Shown in pieces: positions 25,501-28,568 of a stretch of DNA of 28,568 bases; within the stretch, counting starts at the first letter, position 1, and every line of letters starts with the position of its first letter. The stretch is from IMG/VR virus record IMGVR_UViG_3300033075_001761; one strand, given 5' to 3'. The DNA is from a virus. Taxonomy: Duplodnaviria > Heunggongvirae > Uroviricota > Caudoviricetes. Under the pieces are notes generated by a model. That model saw only the letters and a list, made by a program, of their open reading frames with translations. It was not told the origin of the DNA and made no database searches. Made by a program: the position numbers and the translations under genes.

Positions 25501-25998
25501 ATGGCTTTTAAAGATCTTGTAAAACAGTTTTGCGATGGGGAGCTTATCAAAGAAGGTTTTATGCAATTCGAGGCTTCAAAGAACGAATTGCCAAAGCTTG
25601 ATCCAGACGCTCCACAAAATGATGCAACGCCAATGAAGATGACTTCTCGCGGCATGGAAGCAAAGCCTGGAGAGCATCAAACGCCAAGAGAACGTGCTGC
25701 CGACATGGAAAAAGAAGAGATGGCTTCTTCTGGAAGCTCTGAACAACAACCCATTATGGCGTCTATGTCTGTTCTTAGGCATATGCTTGGATTCATAAAA
25801 GAAGACGAAGCTTTGGGAGCTTTTGTAGGTAAAGTTATGTCGTCTATGGCTGAGCTTGAGGCCGCTATGATGGGAGAGTCTGTCGGTGAGCCAGAAACCT
25901 CAAAAGAAGAGCCTTCTGAGCCAGAAGAAACTGCAACAAAAAATGTTGCAACATCAGAAGTTGTAACAGAACCAGAAGTGAAGACTGTACCAAAATAA
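25501..25998 (+). CDS. Acidic hypothetical protein (165 aa)
   Basis: GGAGG SD before ATG 25501; E/P/S-rich. Confidence 0.75.
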   Translation: MAFKDLVKQFCDGELIKEGFMQFEASKNELPKLDPDAPQNDATPMKMTSRGMEAKPGEHQTPRERAADMEKEEMASSGSSEQQPIMASMSVLRHMLGFIKEDEALGAFVGKVMSSMAELEAAMMGESVGEPETSKEEPSEPEETATKNVATSEVVTEPEVKTVPK

Positions 25999-26010
25999 TA
26001 AGGGCATACC

Positions 26011-26724
26011 ATGAATCGAGAAGAAATCATTTCAATGATTAAGTCCGATCTTGGCGCTTCGGTCGTCAAGGTTGAATTGACTGATGACCAATACGACCAG
26101 CTTATCAAGAAAGCTAAAATGTGGTTTCAGTCTAGAAAAGGATTGATTGGATGCCATCACTTTTCAGTTATAGAAGGTGATCAAAGTTTTGATACGATTT
26201 CTGATTCATATAAAAATTTGGACGTAATTCTTCCTGGAACTTATAAATATGCAGATGCATTAGGTTGGTGTGGGCTTACGGATTTAATTCCGGCTTCTGG
26301 CCATTTTGGTAATTTGACACCCGGATACGTCACATTTGATGTGACCGGATATGTTCAGGTTATGCAGACTTTACAGCAACGCTCTCAGGTTCTTGGTCTT
26401 AACAAGTCATGGTTTGAAGAATGCGGAAAGATCTATCTTCATTCGACAACCAATGGTCAGGCTATGCTGGTTTATAAGAGAAAAAACTGGACTATTGAAG
26501 AATTGGCTGGAAGAGACGAGTGGATATTTTATAGGTATTGTTTGGCTATTGCTAAAAGCATTATTGGAATGATTAGACGTAAATATAGCTCTTACCCTGC
26601 TGCTGGCGGACCAATGAGCATGGACGGAGCTGAAATGATTGCGGAGTCTAAAGAAGAGATTCTCGCGCTTGATGAAGAAATCTTTGGTTCACAGGGGAAT
26701 GCTGGTGGAATCCTTATTGGCTAA
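26011..26724 (+). CDS. gp13: Neck / head-completion protein, T4 gp13-like
   Basis: N-terminal IKSDLGASVVKVELTDDQYDQLI (gp13 pattern LGAP.I.VELT.DQ) and C-terminal YCLAIAK..IG.IR.KY...GG..MDG..M..E.KEEI. Confidence 0.85.
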   Translation: MNREEIISMIKSDLGASVVKVELTDDQYDQLIKKAKMWFQSRKGLIGCHHFSVIEGDQSFDTISDSYKNLDVILPGTYKYADALGWCGLTDLIPASGHFGNLTPGYVTFDVTGYVQVMQTLQQRSQVLGLNKSWFEECGKIYLHSTTNGQAMLVYKRKNWTIEELAGRDEWIFYRYCLAIAKSIIGMIRRKYSSYPAAGGPMSMDGAEMIAESKEEILALDEEIFGSQGNAGGILIG

Positions 26725-26968
26725 CATTACTGATGTAGAGTTTGATGAGATTCTTGAGGCTCGAAAAAAGCGCAAGAAGAAAATCAAGAAACAATTTTGT
26801 TATTTGTTTCCTCCTTTTTATGGGAAAGGAGACGGGAAGAGTGCGGCTACAGCACCTCCTAATTCGTCTCCTTCCGTTCCTGTAAGTAGTCCTGCATTTC
26901 CTGGTCCAGGAGGGATCAACTCTCCTGGAGTAGCTTCTGGTCCAAATTCAGGGATGGGACCTGCATAA
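26717..26968 (+). CDS. Small protein with basic patch and Pro/Ser/Gly tail
   Basis: Probable TTG 26717 start (GGTGGA upstream), 83 aa: ILEARKKRKKKIKK then low-complexity tail; TAATG coupling to the next gene. Confidence 0.55.
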   Translation: MANITDVEFDEILEARKKRKKKIKKQFCYLFPPFYGKGDGKSAATAPPNSSPSVPVSSPAFPGPGGINSPGVASGPNSGMGPA

Positions 26969-27564
26969 TGGCTGAACCTAAAAACCTAATGTCTAGGGAG
27001 CAAAGAATCCGAGAAAAGAATATTTTAAATCGAGCTGGAAAAGCATTGATTTTTAATGAGCCTAAAATCTTGGATTTAGTAATGAATCGTAAAGTCCCAA
27101 ATCAAATGCAACATTGCATAATTAAAGTGCAGAAGAAGATGGGTGGAACTGACAAAGAGGCTTTTGTAAGTGCCTTTAATATTTGCCAAGCCGTTTTCCA
27201 AAACTATGGATACCAATATCCAGATACAACAACGCTAACAAGTAAGGGCCTTCAAAATAACATGAGGCATAGGCGTGAGATCGGTAATTCAGCTAAGGAA
27301 TCAAGGTTCAGGCAGATGACGACCTGGTTTAAAAACGAAATGGTTGAGGCAGAAAGGCAAAAGAACGAGTCTTCTAAGCAGAAGGATAACGAAGCTGCCA
27401 TGAAAAAAGCTGAGGCAGCTAGAACTTCCGAAATCCAAAAGAAGCTAGATTCTGGCCAAAAAATAACTCAGAAAGAAAGAGAATCTCTAGTTAGAGCTAA
27501 GACTGATGAACTTAAAAATATAAACAATAAAATTGTTGCCAGGAAAACGACAAAAAAGCCGTAG
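26968..27564 (+). CDS. Basic hypothetical protein (198 aa)
   Basis: Long ORF coupled to upstream stop; K-rich helical C-terminus. Confidence 0.75.
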   Translation: MAEPKNLMSREQRIREKNILNRAGKALIFNEPKILDLVMNRKVPNQMQHCIIKVQKKMGGTDKEAFVSAFNICQAVFQNYGYQYPDTTTLTSKGLQNNMRHRREIGNSAKESRFRQMTTWFKNEMVEAERQKNESSKQKDNEAAMKKAEAARTSEIQKKLDSGQKITQKERESLVRAKTDELKNINNKIVARKTTKKP

Positions 27565-27653
27565 GCTTGCAACAATTAACTTATATTGTGAGTATGATAA
27601 ACTAACGATAGGTCTTAGTGGCTTAATATAAAAGAACTGCCGTGAGGAAGAAT

Positions 27654-28376
27654 ATGAATTTTACAGCTCCAAATATGGCTACGCTGGGCGGAACTATCCT
27701 GGCATCCGCTCGCGGCACTTGGGTTTATGATGAAGGCGAAAAAGGCCATTATGAGTTTTTTGGCCGAGAAAACTTTGCGTGGAAAAATGACGAGAAAACA
27801 AGGCGTGACCTAGGAATTAGTGAAGATGATTTGTTTGATTGTATCGAACAGGTTGAAGCCGAGTTGATGAGCCCTGAAAACCAAGAAGTTCGTTTCGGGA
27901 TGATGAATAAAGGTGGGTACAAAAACGTTGGTGCTATTTATACAAGCCGAACGAATCCAGAAATTATTTGTGTATACACGCCTACAAGTCTTGGAAGCAC
28001 ACCTAATGGCCTTCATTATGAAGATTGGAACGGTTATTTTGAGTGGTATTTTAAGGCACAGCCAAAGCAAGAAATAGATAATTTGGTTACGTTTTTAAAT
28101 ATGTTTGATACGGCTGTAGGAACTGAGGTTACAAAGCAGACTACAGTTTCTCCAGTTATGCTTCCTTCGTATGAAGAAGCAAATGAATTTTTTAGCATGA
28201 ACGATCTTCAAGAAAGCGACTTCTTTTTGTCCAGACTTTGGAATGTAAACAGCTCAAAGTTCATGGGACGAGGAACTAGAGAGCAGATGAAATCGGAATT
28301 GCTTTCTGAATGGAAAGGCTTTGTAGAAAAGTCTAATCAATTAGACGAATCTAAAAAAAAAAGAAGCATTCAATAG
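27654..28376 (+). CDS. Hypothetical protein, possibly extended by a frameshift at an A10 run
   Basis: GAGG SD before ATG 27654; ends four codons after an A10 run (28353-28362). Confidence 0.75.
   Translation: MNFTAPNMATLGGTILASARGTWVYDEGEKGHYEFFGRENFAWKNDEKTRRDLGISEDDLFDCIEQVEAELMSPENQEVRFGMMNKGGYKNVGAIYTSRTNPEIICVYTPTSLGSTPNGLHYEDWNGYFEWYFKAQPKQEIDNLVTFLNMFDTAVGTEVTKQTTVSPVMLPSYEEANEFFSMNDLQESDFFLSRLWNVNSSKFMGRGTREQMKSELLSEWKGFVEKSNQLDESKKKRSIQ
28331..28346. repeat. Palindrome copy 7: GTCTAA-TCAA-TTAGAC
   Basis: Exact consensus; near the end of the 27654 gene, six bases before the A10 run. Confidence 0.85.
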
Positions 28377-28568
28377 CTGAATACAAAGTTGTCATTACAG
28401 ATAAAATCGAAAAAGCATTAAAACACCGTTTGAAGCCATATGTTCAATTTGGGTTCAAATATGATGACGTAAAAGAAGTGTACAAAAGAGGCGTTAGAGA
28501 CTTTGTTGCAAGGCCAAGGGATAGCATGAGTAAGTTAGCATTTGGACTTGGGAGGGTTTCGGCGTATC
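28355..28568 (+). CDS. Open frame without an evident start, running off the window (candidate -1 continuation of the 27654 gene)
   Basis: No stop for 71 codons after TAA 28352-28354: KKKKHSIAEYKVVITDKIEKALKHRLKPYVQFGFKYDDVKEVYKRGVRDFVARPRDSMSKLAFGLGRVSAY. Confidence 0.5.

Noticed and set aside
26242-26249. TATAAATA T4 late-promoter motif
   Set aside because: The copy I noticed is inside the gp13-like coding region; I did not see it upstream of head genes.
27567-27598. TTGCAA ... TATGAT promoter upstream of the 27654 gene
   Set aside because: Spacer is 20 bp, outside the normal sigma70 range.
4992-28346. Palindrome copies as a CRISPR array or transposon ends
   Set aside because: Copies are kilobases apart with genes between them; no spacers, cas genes, transposase or target-site duplications seen.
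1-28568. Stop-codon reassignment
   Set aside because: Conserved genes are full length in the standard code, and TAA, TGA and TAG all end genes.

Overview
A 28.6-kb piece of a large T4-like (myovirus-type, probably jumbo) phage genome spanning the packaging and head module. In order: a 5'-truncated large terminase with two inteins, an RRM RNA-binding protein, a gp20-like portal, a 1.28-kaa acidic multidomain protein, a ~6.9-kb accessory block (metallophosphoesterase, IMPDH/GMP-reductase-family enzyme, 797-aa leucine-rich-repeat multidomain protein, XRE-like HTH), a gp21-like protease with a scaffold-like tail, and a gp23-like major capsid protein. After the capsid gene come a LAGLIDADG-methyltransferase fusion, two non-canonical tRNAs (Asp, Tyr), RtcB, RmlC, small membrane proteins and a gp13-like neck protein. 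The strongest unexplained signal is a 16-bp palindrome, GTCTAA-N4-TTAGAC, found seven times, mostly ~4 kb apart, five of them at gene ends. All family assignments are from motif recognition by eye; no database searches were run. The host cannot be determined from this window.
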